DNA from: Malacoraja senta
Taxonomy: Eukaryota
Reading direction: 5' to 3'
NCBI GenBank assembly: GCA_038087875.1
Contig: CM075991.1
Coordinates: 4,340,001 to 4,404,000, forward strand
Length of the DNA stretch: 64,000 nt
Below, one piece after another: positions 49,271 to 63,182 of this stretch. Under the pieces are notes generated by a model. The model ran no database searches, was not told where the DNA came from, and saw only the letters and a program-made list of their open reading frames with translations. How positions within the stretch are numbered: position 1 is the first letter of the stretch; every line of letters starts with the position of its first letter. The translations under genes and the position numbers were made by a program.

Positions 49271-50099
49271 GCTTTTCGTCAGTATCCACCATCCAACAAG
49301 CGATGCAAATCCCAGCATAGAGTCTAAAGACATATTCTCCAAAATGGGCACAAAATGCTGGAGAGAATGAATGGGTCAGTCTGAGGAAGGGTCTCGACCC
49401 GAAACGTCACACACTCCTTCTCTCCAGAGGTGCGGCCTGTCCCACTGAGTTACTCCAGAGGTTTGTGTCTATCTTTGGTTTAAACCAGCTACTGAGGTTC
49501 CTTCCTCCACAAGACATTTTGTATCTCTGGTTCATCTGCCAACTCTTGAGCCTAGGGATTCGTTATCAGCCTGGAAGCATTGCAGACCAGACTGCCTCTT
49601 TCAAAACTGCCTCGATTTTTTCATCAAATATATCTTCATTTTTGGGTTCCATGAATGAATGCATGCTGTTGAAAGGCTTAGCAATTGGGAAAGAGACCTT
49701 AAGTACTCGAACATGAAGCTGTGCTTGCAGAGTGATGTACATTGCGTGCCTGAGCATGAGTGACTCATACCTCCAGAGGCATTCATATTTAAAGGCTGCA
49801 GACCAGTCAACTGTAATGATCGCAATAGGCAAGAAGCTACAGCCCTACCTGGAAGGAGACTTGCACAAAACGTATGCATTTCTCAATCATTTATAAACCA
49901 AATGCAAAGACAATCTAGTATAATTTCTTTCAATGGATTTTTAGTGGATTCATCCATCAATAATTGAGCCACCTTGGGGTCCTGTCCCAAGATGAACGAT
50001 TCTCTGACATCATTGCCAAGTCGAAAAATAGATCTTCCTCTGAATGAATGAGTACTTTATTGTCATGCGTGACAAGTCACAGAGAAATTCATTGCTGTC

Positions 50100-50897
50100 T
50101 GTCCTTTCATCTTTATTTTTTATTTTAGTTAGTCAAGTGGTTTGTTTTGGAGGTCTAGACTTTTTTGTGTGGGGGGGGAAGGGGGAAACTACCTTTCAGG
50201 GTCCCTACCTGGCCGGAGAGGCAGCTTTTCTCCGGGTTGCAGCTTCGACCCGTCCTCGCGGCCTGGAGCGGCGTTTCCTGTCGGGGACCGCCCAGAACCT
50301 CGGCTTCGGCGGCGGCACAGCGCTGGAGCGCTATCGCGGAGAGCGGGCGGCGCCTTGCCCGGGTCGCCGCGCTGGAGCTCCGGTGAGCTGAGGATCGCTG
50401 GGGAAAACATCGCGGAGCTGCGGGACTGCGGAGCGACCAGCTGCGGGCGGCGGCGCTGAACTTGACACCGGGAGCCTGGGATCTCTAGATGAGATCGCCG
50501 GTTGTGGAGCTCCAACCGGCGCGGCCTTGTTGGCTTCGGAAGCCGCGGCCCCCAGTGCGGAAGCGGCCGTTCCAGGGTTCCCAAGCCGCTGGGAGGACTC
50601 TCCCGACGCCGGAGCAACATCACCCGGCGAGAACGGCCTGGAACATCGGGCCTCCGTAGAGGCAACTGTGGAGGCCTCAATGGGCCCGACTATGGGTGAA
50701 CTGGGGTTGGGGACTGGACTTTGTGCCTTCCCTCATGGTGGGAGCCATTGTGGGGGGATGTTCAGTGTTAAGACTATCTTGGTGTTGTGTCTGTATTCTC
50801 TTCTTTTGTGTGCTTCAAAATGGCAAGAAGCATTTCACTTCACTACACCTGGGTGTATGTAAATGTGACTAATAGAAATACTTATACTTATACTTAT
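50100..50897 (+). mobile_element. GC-rich non-coding retroposon related to 25524-26479 but with a Rex-like tail
   Basis: Collinear blocks (GGGTCCCTACCTGG, CGGCACAGCGCTGGAGCGC, GGGTGAACTGGGGTTGGGGACTGGAC); ends TTTCAC..GTGACTAATAGAA(ATACTT)n. Confidence 0.75.
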
Positions 50898-51238
50898 AGT
50901 CTCCACATTAAGGGCGCGTACAAGGTCACAAAGTATCCGCGCCAGTTCCCCCGTTGTTCTGCCCCCCCTTCCCCCTCCCCCTCCGCATGGCGGTCTTCCA
51001 CTCCTCCTTCGTTCCTTCCATCGGCAATGGTGTCCACACTTCCACGTGGTCCGCCATCATCGACCGCCACACCGGCCTCTTCACTATCGCCGCCGGGTCC
51101 TCTCTGTACGCCTCCATGGCGCCGACCCAGGCTCCGTCGACCCTGCTCAGACCCGCGAGGCTCCAGGATCAGTGTCTCCGCGGCCTGCCAGGAGGTGTCT
51201 CCACCATCAACCTCCGCAAAATATTTCCTCCTGCCCAC
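50898..51238 (-). mobile_element. Unclassified non-coding repeat, tail probably at ~50041-50095, split by the previous insertion
   Basis: TACTTTGTGACCTTGTACGCGCCCTTAATGTGGAGACTA plus AATTTCTCTGTGACTTGTCACGCATGACAATAAAG resemble 17530-17640 and 58970-59060. Confidence 0.5.
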
Positions 51239-52274
51239 CCCACCCTCTCTTGGTCATCACCCCCACTGCCCTTCAGTTACCTTCTTTCTGAAGAAGGGTC
51301 TCGACCTGAAACATCACCCATTCCTTCTCTCCAGAGATGCTGCCCGTCCCGCTGAGTTACTCCAGCTTTGTGTTTATCTTCGGTTTAAACCAGCATCCGC
51401 AGTTCCTTCCTACACCTTCTTTCCATTCTCTGGCTTCACCCTCTGTCCATCTTCATCTCCTGCCTGCCCTTGTGACCTCCTACCCATCATACCCAACCCC
51501 CAATCTTTCACGTCCGTCCCCACCACGATTCCACTTGTCTTCCTGCCTCCCATGTTTTCCACCACCATCATTGCTCCCATTCCTTCAAAATCCCACTCCT
51601 CACCCCACTGTCCTTGCAAACCCCAACCCATAGTCCAATATCTCCATCCTGTCCAAAGTCCTTGAAGTTGTCTCGGTTGGAACTGCAGATGCAAGTTTAC
51701 TGAAGATAAACACAAAATGCTGGAGTAACTCAGTGGGTCAGGCAGCATCTCTGGAGAAAAGGAATCGGTGACGTTTCAGGAGGTGACCCTTTCTCTGAAC
51801 AGTCTGAAGAATGGTCTCGACCTGAAACATCACCGATCCCTTTTCTCCAGGTGTGCTGCCTGACCCGCTGAGTTACTCCAGCATTTTGTGTCTATCCTCC
51901 TTGAATTTGTCATTGCTTGCAAACCAGTATCGTGTCTTGGCAACAGCTGAGGGTTTGATTGGCACTGGGTTCATGGTCCACCTCTACCATGGAGAGAAGG
52001 TATCCTCTGTTAGAGATACTAGTTTCTACCCACTAGTTGATCACCCCATCCAGAGCAGTGTGAGAAGGATTGACAGGGAAAATGGTGAGATACGGTTTCC
52101 TTACTTTGGAGGACACAAAGTGCGGGAGTAACACAGCATCTCTGGAGATCATGGATGGGTGATATTTCGGGTTGAGACCCATCACCTGCCTCTTGAGTAT
52201 TAACCAGCACCTGCAGCTGTTTGTTTCTACATTCTTCCTTGTGTTTGAGATCTAAAATCAGGGGGCAGGTGAGG

Positions 52275-52990
52275 GTCATAGAGAGATACAGCGTAGAAAC
52301 AGGCCCTTCGGCCCAACCATTCCCGCACCGGCTAACATGTCCCAGCTACACTAGCCCACCTGCCCACGTTTGGTCCATATCCCTCCAAACCATTCCTATC
52401 TATGTACCTGTCTAACCGTTTCTTAAACATTGGGATAGTCCCAGCCTCAACTACCTCCTCCGGCAGCTTGTTCCATACACCCACCACCCTTTGTGTGAAG
52501 ATGGTACCCTTCAGATTCCTTTTAAATCGTTTCCCCTTCACCTTATACCTATGCCCTCTTGTCCTTGATTCACCTACTCTGGGCAAGAGACTCTGTGCAT
52601 CTACCCAATCCATTCCTCTCATGATTTTGAACACCTCTATAAGATCACCCCTCATCCTGCTGCTCCCCAAGGAACAGTCCCATCCTACTCAACCTCTCCC
52701 TATAGCTCACATCTTCTAGCCCTGACAACAGGGGGGGAAAGATTAAAATAGAAACCTAAGGGGCAACTTTTTTACGCAAAGTGTGATAGATATATGGAAC
52801 GAGCTGCCGGAGGAGATAGTTGAGGCAGATACTATCGTAACATTTAAAAAACGTTTGGAAAGGTGCATGGATAGGATAGGTTTAGAGGGATGTGGGCCAA
52901 ATGCAGGCAGGTGGGACTGGTGTAGATGGGGCATGTTGGCTAGCGTGGGCAAGCTGGGCCGAAGGGCCTGTTTCCATGCTGTGTGACTAT
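52275..52990. mobile_element. Two divergent CR1 (HER1-like) 3' fragments (~52275-52720 minus, ~52730-52990 plus)
   Basis: RGDLIEVFKIMRG...VWNKLPEEVVEAG; IWNELPEEIVEA. Confidence 0.88.
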
Positions 52991-53469
52991 GGTATCCCAA
53001 ACTCCCACCCTTAATATTTGGCCCAAGATTTCAAGCCCCATTTGGATGGGGCATGAAATCCTAGCAGGTTGGAGGATGGGGCGAGAAGGTTGGATCAAAT
53101 GAAGATTAAATCATGTTCCCATCCAGCGTTTACTTGCATTTGATTGTATTTGATTACATGATAGAGACTGTTGTGCTGGTATAAATACTCTCTATATTTC
53201 CCTTCACAGCACCATGTAACAGAGATCAAATTCACATTATATATTTATTAAGAAACTCAACCGTCCGAATGTTGATTTACTCCTCGAATTCTTCGTCAGC
53301 TGCAAGTATATCAGCACTTCTGAATCTTGCAGGTTTGGATGGCTGAACAGAGTCCTGAGGTCAGCATTCGAGAAGCTTCCACATTCTCATCAAGTTTAGT
53401 ATAGGTTTGTTTATCGGGAGAGACTGGGCAGGCGAGGACTTAGGAGCCCAGGGCCTGGGAGCCCAGGTG

Positions 53470-54050
53470 GCTGAGGGGTGATCTTGTAGAGGTGTACAAA
53501 GTCACGAGGGGAATAGATAGGATGAATGCCCAGAGGGTAGAGAAATCAAGAACTAGAAGGCATAGGTTTAAGGTGAGAGGGGAAAGATTTAATAGGATCC
53601 TGAGGGGCAAGATTTTCACACAGAGGGAGAAGGTTACACTGAAGGAGCTGCCAGAGGAAGTACTTGTGCTGGCTTCAACGCCAACATTTAAAAGATATCT
53701 GTACAGGTACATGGGCAGGAAATGTTCCCGATGTTGGGGGAGTCCAGAACCAGGGGCCACAGTTTAAGAATAAGGAGTAAGCCATTTAGAACGGAGACGA
53801 GGAAACACTTTTTCTCACAGAGAGTGGCGAGTCTGTGGAATTCTCTGCCTCAGAGGGCGGTGGAGGCAGGTTCTCTGGATGCTTTCAAGAGAGAGCTAGA
53901 TAGGGCTCTTAAAAATAGCGGAGTCAGGGGACATGGGGAGAAGGCAGGAACGGAGTACTGATTGGGGATGATCAGCCATGATCACATTGAATGGCGGTGC
54001 TGGCTCAAAGGGCCGAATGGCCTACTCCTGCAGCTATTGTCTATTGTCTC
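53470..54050 (+). mobile_element. Two consecutive CR1 fragments
   Basis: ORF track 53492-53767 and 53722-53961; (CTATTGT)n tail. Confidence 0.88.
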
Positions 54051-55444
54051 CTGTTTCCTCCCACACTCGAAAGACATACAGGTTTGTATGTTAATTGGCT
54101 TCAGTAAAATTGTTAATTGTTCCCAGTGTGTAGGATAGTTCTCGTGTACGGGGTGATTGCAGGTTAGCGCAGACTCAGTAGGCCGAAGGCTTTCTGCGCT
54201 GTTAAGTCTTAAGTCTTGACCTCCGAAGAAGACTTCCAACCCGAACAACATAGCCTATCCAGTCCCCCCGAAGAAGGATCCTGACCCGAAACGTAACCAA
54301 TCCATTCTCTCCACAGACGCTGCCTGACCCGTTGAGTTACTCAAGCTCAATGTGTCTTGCTCAAGATTCCAGTATCTGCAGCCTCATTCATCCAGTTATA
54401 TTTCCACTTCACTGAAGGCGCAGGGAGCTACAGGGACAAACTATCACAATCCAGGAGACATGCAAGTTTACTCTTTATCACCTGTCCCACAGCCAACAAT
54501 GGACCATTGTGGGCTCTACACTTCCTTGATTATCATTACTATCTGCATTCCTTCCAATCATTCGTCCTAAATGCCGTCTCTATCTCTCTCGTTCCCCTCT
54601 CCCCTGACTCTCAGTCCGAAGAAGGGTATCGACCCGAAACGTCACCTATTCCTTTTCTCCAGAGATGGTGCCTGACACGCTGAGTTACTCCAGCGTTTTG
54701 TGTCCGTGTTCCGTATAAACCAGCATCTGCAGTTCCTCCCTACTCAAGGGTTTAACTGATTACAGGGAGATTCAGAGTAACCTTTCCGCCTTGAAGTGTC
54801 AGGGGTGACGGTACTCGATCAGCAGGGCCCTGGCTCCGTACACACCAGGCCCCCTCGGAGAGAGGCAGGCCAGCTGGGAATCTCTATTCACCAGCTGCTC
54901 CAGGGCTTGTTGCACAGCAGACATGGCTCTGGTGATTAATGACACCGAGCCACAGCTCACGCTGCCTGTCTGTGTCCGCAGTCCTGCTGCTGTTACAGGG
55001 GCCGGGAAACACCCCGTCTCTCTCACCCTCCACCACCCTCTGCTTTCCCCAGCATTAGTAACCCTCTCCTGCTTGTCACAGTCAGTTTAGAGATACAGCA
55101 TGGAAACAGTCTGAAAAAGGCTCGACCCTTAAACACGACAACAGATAAGCTGTGAACTACAATAGACTATTATTATTATTGCCCTATAATAGTTTGTTTA
55201 TTGAGTATGTGTGTACGTGTATATATACACATTGAACTTTTTTCCCCCCCGTTATGTACTATGTTTACATATTCTGTAAGAATTTCATTGTTCCATCTGG
55301 GATATATGACAATAAAACACACTTGACTCTTGCCCCGAAATGTCACCCATTCCTTCTCTCCAGGGATGCTGCCCGTCCCACTGAGTCACTCCAGCCTTTT
55401 GTGTCTATCGTCGATTTAAACCAGCATCTGCAGTTCCTTCCAAC

Positions 55445-55617
55445 AACCTACAGGCCCGCACGTCTTTGGAGTGTGGGAGGAAACCGGTAAAACCCCCCCA
55501 CACACGGTCACAGGGAGAACGTGCAAACTCCGTACAGGCAGCACCCGTAGTCAGGATCGAACCTGGGTCTCTGGCGCTGTAAGGCAGCAACTCTACCGCT
55601 GCGCCACCGTGCCGCCT
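55445..55617 (-). mobile_element. HE1-type V-SINE 5' half
   Basis: Intact head GGCGGCACGGTGGCGCAGCGGTAGAG...GGTTCGATCC. Confidence 0.85.
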
Positions 55618-55842
55618 CAGTCATGGTGTGAGCAGTGGGGACGGAGGTGGTATAAATTCCCATTAACGGATGAAATGGGGGATTAATTTTAAGGTTAAAC
55701 ACAACCAAATGGACAAAGCTGCACATGGCTACACAGTTTTTAAAAAAACTTCCAAAAATGTTCACGTTTGTGGGTCATTTTGCTTCGGTAAAAATTGTAA
55801 AATTGCTCCCCAGTGTGTAGGATAGTGTTAGTGTGCGGGGTG

Positions 55843-56600
55843 ATGTTGGCCTTCATAACAAGAGGAGTCGAGTATAGGAGCAAAGAGGTTCTTCTGCAGT
55901 TGTACAGGGCCCTAGTGAGACCACACCTGGAGTATTGTGTGCAGTTTTGGTCCTCTAATTTGAGGAAGGACATTCTAGCTATTGAGGGAGTGCAGCGTCG
56001 GTTCAAAAGGTTAATTCCCAGTATGATGGGACTGTCATATACTGAGAGAATGGAGCGGCTGGGCTTGTACACTCTGGAGTTTAGAAGGATGAGAGGGGAG
56101 AAGGCAGGAACGGGGTACTAATTGGGGATGATCAGCCATGATCACATTGAATGGCGGTGCTGGCTCGAAGGGCCAAATGGCCTACTCCTGCACCTATTGT
56201 CTATTGTCTATTGTCTATTGGGATCTTATTGAAATGTATAAGATTGTTAAGGGTTTGGACACACTAGAGGCAGGAAACATGTTCCCGATGTTGAGGGAGT
56301 CCAGAACCAGGTTCCACAGTTTAAGAATAAGGGATAAACCATTTGGAACGGAGACGAGGAAACACTTTTTCTCACAGAGAGTGGTGAGTCTGTGGAATTC
56401 TCTGCCTCAGAGGGCGGTGGAGGCAGGTTCTCTGGATGCTTTCAAGAGAGAGCTAGATAGGGCTCTTAAAAATAGCGAAGTCAGGGGATATGGGGAGAAG
56501 GCAGGAACGGGGTACTGATTGGGGATGATCAGCCATGATCACATTGAATGGCTCGAAGGGCCGAATGGCCTACTCCTGCACCTATTGTCTATTGTTTATT
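55843..56600 (+). mobile_element. CR1 fragment with a nested CR1 tail (~56097-56220), inserted in a SINE 3' half
   Basis: MLAFITRGVEYRSKEVLLQLYRALVRPHLEYC; two copies of the tail; SINE resumes gatcgctggtcgg at ~56601. Confidence 0.88.
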
Positions 56601-57149
56601 GATCGCTGGTCGGCACAGAATCAGTGGGCCAAAGAGCCTGTATCCGCGCAGTGTCTCTAAAGTCTAAAGTCTAATAAAGATCCTCAGGGTATCCAGCGAC
56701 ACGGGGCTGAGGTGGGCTTTGTGTGTGTGTGTGTGTTTGCAGAGATGAATTATCATCTAGAAGCACGATAACCAGCTGGAGGTTTACACAGAGACGGACC
56801 GGAATAATGATTCAATGACGATCAATAGGTCAAGGGGGCAGAGGGCTGCTAACACAATCAGGATACACGCTTCACTTCACCCTCCTAATAGCTTATTAGT
56901 CGGGGGAGGTGGGCTGGTGCCTTGACTGGCCCCAAGGACAGGGTAGAAACAAGCTGGGTGTCCTGGGGCTCGATATAGAGCAAAACTCACGTCTCCTCAC
57001 ACTGAAACACACCACCCTCAACTGTCCTAACACAGCACAGCCATGTTAGTGGCAGCACGCTGGCCTTGAGACGGGATTCGAACCACTCCACGTCCACTCC
57101 AGAGTGTGCAGCCAACTGTCAAATGCTGCCTCACAGAGATCTATTCCTC

Positions 57150-57810
57150 TTGAGAGGAATAGATCGGGTAGATGCACAGAGTCTCTCGCCCAGAGCAGGT
57201 GAATCGAGGACCAGACGACATAGGTTTAAGGTGAAGGGGAAAAGATTGAATACGAATCTGTGGGGTAACTTTTCTACACAAAAGGTGGTGGATATATGGA
57301 ACAAGCTGCCGGAGGATGTAGTTGAGGCTGGGACTATCACAATGTTCAAGAAACAGTTGGATAGGTACATGGATAGAACAGGTTTGGAGGGATACAGTCC
57401 AAACGCGGGCAGGTAGGACTATAGTAGCTGGGACGTGTTGGCCGGTGTGGGCAAGTTGGGCTGATGTGCCTGTTTCCACACTGTATCACTCTATGACAAA
57501 CAGGTAGAGGGCGACACGGTGGCGCAGCAGTAGACTTGTTGCCTTACAACGCCCGAGTCCCAGGTTCGATCCTGACCACGGGTGCTGTCAGAATGGAGTT
57601 TGTACGTTCTCCACGTGACCTGCGTGGGTTTTCTCCAGGATCTCCAGTGTCCTCCCACACTCCAAAGACGTACAGGTTTGTAAGCTAATTGGCTTCGGTA
57701 AAAATCGCAAATTGTCCCTAGTATGTGTAGGATGGTGTTGATGTGTGGGGATCGCTGGTTGGCGCGGACTCACTGTTTCCGCACTGTATCTCTCAACTAA
57801 ACTAAACTAA
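57150..57810 (+). mobile_element. CR1 3' fragment (~57150-57500) followed by HE1-type SINE (~57509-57810)
   Basis: RGIDRVDAQSL...IWNKLPEDVVEAG; then SINE head, V-domain and tail. Confidence 0.87.
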
Positions 57811-58127
57811 AGGAATGGTGTCCATAACCTATGAGAGAGTGTTTGGAGAAATAAAAAGGATGTGGAGTCTAGACACAAGGATCAGCAGATGCTGGTTTGC
57901 AAAAGAAAGACTCATAGTGTTGGAGTAACTCAACAACTCAGGCAGTATCTCTGGAGAACATGGATAGGTGGAGTTTTGTTGTTGAGTCAGAGTCCTCTGT
58001 CCATTTACCTGGAGCAACCCAGCCACCAACTTCAGCCTGCAGTCAGAATCAAGCACGAGTTTGATTCCTATCACAGTCAAATAGCCGAAGAAGATGGAGA
58101 AATGGGTGGGAGACCAACGGGGCACAG

Positions 58128-58202
58128 GGGAGGGGATGGGAGGGGAGGAGAGGGGAGGGGAGGGGAGGGGAGGGGAGGGGAGGGGAGGGGAGGGGAGGAG
58201 GG
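58128..58202. repeat. (GGGGA)n repeat
   Basis: Direct reading. Confidence 0.9.
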
Positions 58203-58630
58203 TTAGTTCGAGCTCACCTAAAATTGGAGAATTCATTGTTCTCGGGTGAACATCTGGGAAGATCGGCGGGGAGGCTGGCTGGACTATGGTACCTTCCTTA
58301 ACTTTGGTGCCGCTGTGGGGTTATGTTCTGTCGTGGACTTCTGTGTTTGTGCTTTTTTATTGATTTATTATTTATTTTTATGATACATGACTAAGGAAAA
58401 TCCATTTCGTTGTCTCTTATGAGATAATGACAATAAATTCAATACAATACAATACAATCCTTTGTTCATACCGCTGGGTTGTACTCGACCCAATATGAGC
58501 TGCTATTCCTCCAACTTGCATGTGGAGGAGGCCCAGGGCAGAAATGACAGCGTGGGAATGGGAAGGGGAGTTAAAATGGTTGGCAACCGGGAGATCCGGC
58601 AAGCCTTGGTGGACCGAGCGCAAGAGCCCA
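58203..58630 (-). mobile_element. Penelope GIY-YIG C-terminal fragment with a ~215-bp plus-strand insert (~58243-58457)
   Basis: LRSVHQGLPDLPVANHFNSPSHSH; insert ends AATGACAATAAATT(CAATA)n. Confidence 0.75.
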
Positions 58631-59190
58631 GCCAAATGCCGGATCTACGCCTGGTTGTATGTTTTCACGAGAGAGTTAGATATAGCTCTTTGGGCTAACG
58701 GAATCAAGGGATATGGGGAAAAAGCAGGAACGGGGTATTGATTTTGGATGATCAGCCATCATCATGTTGAATGGCGGTGCTGGCTCGAAGGGCCGAATGG
58801 CCTCGTCATGCACCTATTTTCTATGTTTCTGTTTCTATGCCAAGAACAAAGAGGGACTAACAAGACTCTAATGAGTACATTTATAACTTTGTCAGAGCCA
58901 GAAACAAAGCGATTGTTTGTGTACTTTATGTATTGCAGGCAATAGCAAATAATTCCACTTTGTTGCTTTGTGCTTTGGTAACATTGTGTGTGCCCTTTAG
59001 GTGGCGACTCTTTGCATACCTTGAGAATATCACTGCGACTTGTCACACGTGACAAAGTATCACCCAGTCATTCAGCACTCAGTTTCGGTTATTGTCACGT
59101 GTACTGAGGTACAGTGACAAGCTTTTTGTTGCGTGCTATCCAGTCAGCGGAAAGACAATACATGATTACAATCGAGCCATTTACAGTATA

Positions 59191-59856
59191 AGCGGAACTC
59201 GCTATCAAAACATGGAGGGGACGGGGGGCACAATTTTTTGGCGGCTGCGCGCGCACGCGCATGCGCACACTCACACACACGCGCGCGAGGCTTCGGAGGC
59301 TCAATCCAGCGCTAAATGCAGCTCAACTCTGCCTGTCTCACCGGGTTAACTACAGCCCTGTCTGGACTGATGGGACACCTGCACTGCTTCTCCACGCTGG
59401 CCATATTTCCCGCAAGTCCAGGCAGGTTAACCTGGCCGGACAGGCAGAGTTGAGCTGGGTTTAGGGCTGTTTCTCTGCGCTGGTTGTGGGCCTGGGGGCA
59501 CAGCTCGCGTCTGACTCCCGACCTCTCTGGCCACCCGCGGGAGGGGGGGGGCACTCGGGACAGCGCCGGAGACCCGGCCGGGATCGATCCTGCCTGCGGA
59601 TGAGGCGCAGGTCTGTGCCACGTCTCCCTGCTCCAATCGCCGCACTCTATCCTCAGTCCCACCCTCCCCCCCCCCCCCCCACTCCTCCCTCCTCCAATCA
59701 CCACGCCCTCGATCATCAGTCTCACCCCACTGTCTCGCGGAAAGCGGAGATTTTAAAATATGGATCACAAAAACTTGGGGGGGACGTCCCCCACCACACA
59801 AAACATGGGGGGGACGTGTCCCCTCTGCCCCCCCCCCCCCGGGTTTTCCGCCCCTG
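59191..59856. mobile_element. hAT-like non-autonomous DNA transposon in a Rex-type tail (~59080-59970)
   Basis: Right end TTCCGCCCCTG, eroded left end AGCGGAAC; CAGTATA(C) duplicated at 59184-59190 and 59857-59864. Confidence 0.6.
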
Positions 59857-60429
59857 CAGTATACAGATACATGATAAGGGAATAACGTTTAGCGCAAGGT
59901 GAAGCCAGCAAAATCCGATCAAGGATAGTCACCGGAGAGGTTGATAGTAGTTCAGCTCTGCTCTCTGCTTGTGGGTTGCATTGAACCAAAGCAGCAGTGA
60001 AAGAGTGAATCTCCAGCTTGCAGGCAGCACACACTTGCTCCATCAGCCTGTGGCCAATGTCTCACTGTGTGGCTATATTTAGAGTTCTGTCTGCCTTGTG
60101 CTGGGCCCACTGAACTGCAGATCTAATGCCTGCAGAACAGCAGCAGCTCAGGGCCCTGGGAGCAGACAGTGTCTCAGTCTCAGTAGCTGCATGGGGGGCG
60201 GGGATGGGGGGGGGGTGGGGGGGGGAGGAAGGAGGGGAGGAGGAAGGGAAATCGACCCGTCTGTTGTCTTGCTGCTAACTGGTTAACACGGGTCAAAAAG
60301 CTTTTCACTGTACCTCGGTGCGCGTGACAATGAACTAAATACAATATTTAATTACCACCTTTGGCAGCTCGTTCCATACACCCACCACCCCCCCGTAAAA
60401 AAGCTGCCCCTCTGGTTTCTATTAAATCT

Positions 60430-60665
60430 TTCATAAGTTCTAGGAGGAGAATTAGGCCATTCGGCCCATCAAGTCTACTCCGCCATTCAATCATGGCTGA
60501 TCGACCTTTCCCTCTCAACCCCATTCTCCTGCCTTCGCCCCATAACCCCTGACACCCATACTAATCAAGAATCTGCCAATCTCCGCCTTAAAAATATCCA
60601 TTGACTTGGCCTCCACAGCCTTCTGTGGCAATGAATTCAGCAGATTCACCACCCTCTGACTAAAG
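60430..60665 (-). mobile_element. CR1 3' fragment
   Basis: Same tail as 13877-14228. Confidence 0.85.
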
Positions 60666-61319
60666 GGGACTAAAGGGGATAGGACCCTTTCCCAGCCTCA
60701 CCTTAAATATCTCCTTCTTTACGCCACACATCAGCGCCGCTGAGTTTGCAGACGAGGCAGTCACTAGCACTGCACTGCAGTGCAGCGTTAGAACAAAATC
60801 AATCAGCAACTCCCTCAGGCCCCAGTCTCTTCATCTGCTTCGAGGTCAGATGAGGACATCCTTGCCTGTTCCAGCTCACGAGCCCTGTCCATGCACAGAG
60901 GGAGGGTGAACACTGCCACGGCCATGCTGAGGGTTACCGAGCGCCCATCCCTAGGGTATGGGGGGCAGGCAGGTTCGGGTGCAGTGTTCCAGGCAGCCCT
61001 CAGTACTGCGATTGTCTCTGGTACACCACTCCCATGGTCCCCTCACCCACCCTGGCTAACAGGGATTCACGCAGCAAGGTGCTGAGTAATGGGGAGCAAG
61101 AGGCCCTGACAGCAGGATAAGGAGGTTTCCGGAATACCGGATCAACGCTCTCCCGAGGGGCTGCGATCAATGCCGCTGGTGGTCTTCAATTTCCATTATG
61201 CAACCCTCTGGGGTCTCCCTCACATTCAGATGTCATGGCAACATCCTCCAGTTATTGATAAACACGGTCAAAGTGGTCAATGCAAGTACTTGGAAATCTG
61301 TACAATTAAAACCCAGTTA

Positions 61320-62035
61320 TACACATGCACACCCATGCACACACACACACATATACACACATACACACACCCGTGCACACACAGGCGCAAATGCACACAC
61401 GCGCACATACATACACACGCGCACATACACACACATACGCACACATACACGTGCATATACACACACACACACACGCACGCACACATACATACACACATAA
61501 ACACATGCGCACATACATACACACATACACGCACACGCGCACACATACACATGAACACATACACACACACGCGCTACCTACACACACACGTGCGCACATA
61601 CACACAAACACACGCGCATACACACACGCACGTGCGCACACACGCGCGCATACACGCGCACATACAGGCGCACATACACACACACATGCGCACATTCACA
61701 CGCACACACGCGCACATACACGTGCACATACACACACAGATACAAACATAAACAGGCACAGACACATTCACATGCACACAAAGATACACACACGGGCACA
61801 CATACACACACAGATATACACACTCAGACAGAGGCACACACACACACACGTGCACACACAAGCACACACAAACACGCACACATGTACACACATGCACACA
61901 TACACACACATGCACTCACACAACTGCAAACACAGCACACACACAGGTGCACACACCCACACACGCACCCACCCACACATGCACACACCCACACACGCAC
62001 CCACCCACACACGGCACACACACACGGCACACATA
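61320..62035. repeat. Degenerate (CA)n-rich array
   Basis: Direct reading. Confidence 0.93.
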
Positions 62036-62249
62036 CCCATCAACCATCCCCCTGCCCACCAACAACCCACCCCAGCCCTTCTTCTACCCATTCCTCATCC
62101 ATCAAGCCGTCCCCAATACCTCTCCTCATCATGAACCAACCCCATCACCAAACCAATATCTACACATCTCCCTCCCCACCCCTCCATCGTTCTCCCCATC
62201 ACCAGCCCATAACCATCTCCGTCAACCCCCCCCCCCTCGACCATCACGC

Positions 62250-62560
62250 ACACCAACCTCCCTTCCATTGACTCCATCTACACCTCACGCTGCCTCGGCA
62301 AGTCCACCAGCATAATTAAGGATGAGTCGCACTCCCTCTCCCCTCAGGCAAGACATATAGAAGTGTGAAAACACACACCTCCAGATTCAGGGACAGTTTC
62401 ATCCCAGCTGTTATCAGGCAACTGAACCATCCTACCAACAACTGGAGAGCAGTGCAGAACTACTGTCTACCTCACTGGAGACCCTGGACTATCTTTAATT
62501 GGGCTTACTGGATATTATCTTGCATTAAACATTATTCACATTGTTCCCTTTATCATGTGT
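62250..62560 (+). mobile_element. Rex1/Babar 3' fragment
   Basis: LPSIDSIYTSRCLGKSTSIIKD...SVKTHTSRFRDSFIPAVIRQLN. Confidence 0.82.
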
Positions 62561-63032
62561 AAGAAAGAACTGCAGATGCTGGTTTAAATCAACGGTAGAC
62601 ACAAAATGCTGGAGTAACTCTGCGGGTGAGGCAGCATCTCTGGAGAGAAGGAATGGGTGATGTTTCGGGTTGAGACCCTTCTTCAGACTGATGTCAGGGG
62701 AAGGGGTGGGACAGAGATAGAATGTGGTCGGAGACAGTAAGACAGTCGTTTAGTTGTCTCATTGTCTGCACTCGTTTTCAAAGAGCCCACAGCTAACAAT
62801 GGCCTGTTTCTTTTGTTACTTTTTTGCATATCTTTCATTAATTTATTCCATATCTCTCCACATCACCGTCCATATCTCTCGTTGTCCCTCTTCCCTGACT
62901 CTCAGGCTGAAGAGGGGTCTCGACCCGAAACGTCACCCATTCCTTTTCTCCGGAGATGCTGCCTGACCCGCTGAGTTACTCCAGGTTTTTGTGTCTATCT
63001 TTGGTTTTAAACCAGCATCTACAGTTCCTTCC
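62561..63032. mobile_element. Inverted pair of Penelope terminal repeats
   Basis: Hammerhead-type cores at ~62660-62686 (minus) and ~62907-62934 (plus). Confidence 0.8.
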
Positions 63033-63182
63033 CACAAGGCTCTTGCCTTCTCCTGTTTCCAGAGGTCTCTGGCAGTGCAGATTATTCCATCAGTGGATCT
63101 CTGCCGCCACCTAGTGTGACCTCCCATTACTGCTGCTCTCTTGTGTTTTCAGAGCTCAGTCAATCTCCTATCTGCTGCCAAG

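Noticed and set aside
49566..49832. Possible host exon (…EDIFDEKIEAVLKEAVW…)
   Set aside because: No recognisable homology, no clear splice sites and no neighbouring exons.
50787..51665. 292-aa Pro/Ser-rich ORF
   Set aside because: Runs across three unrelated repeats and a pyrimidine-rich tract; no domain.
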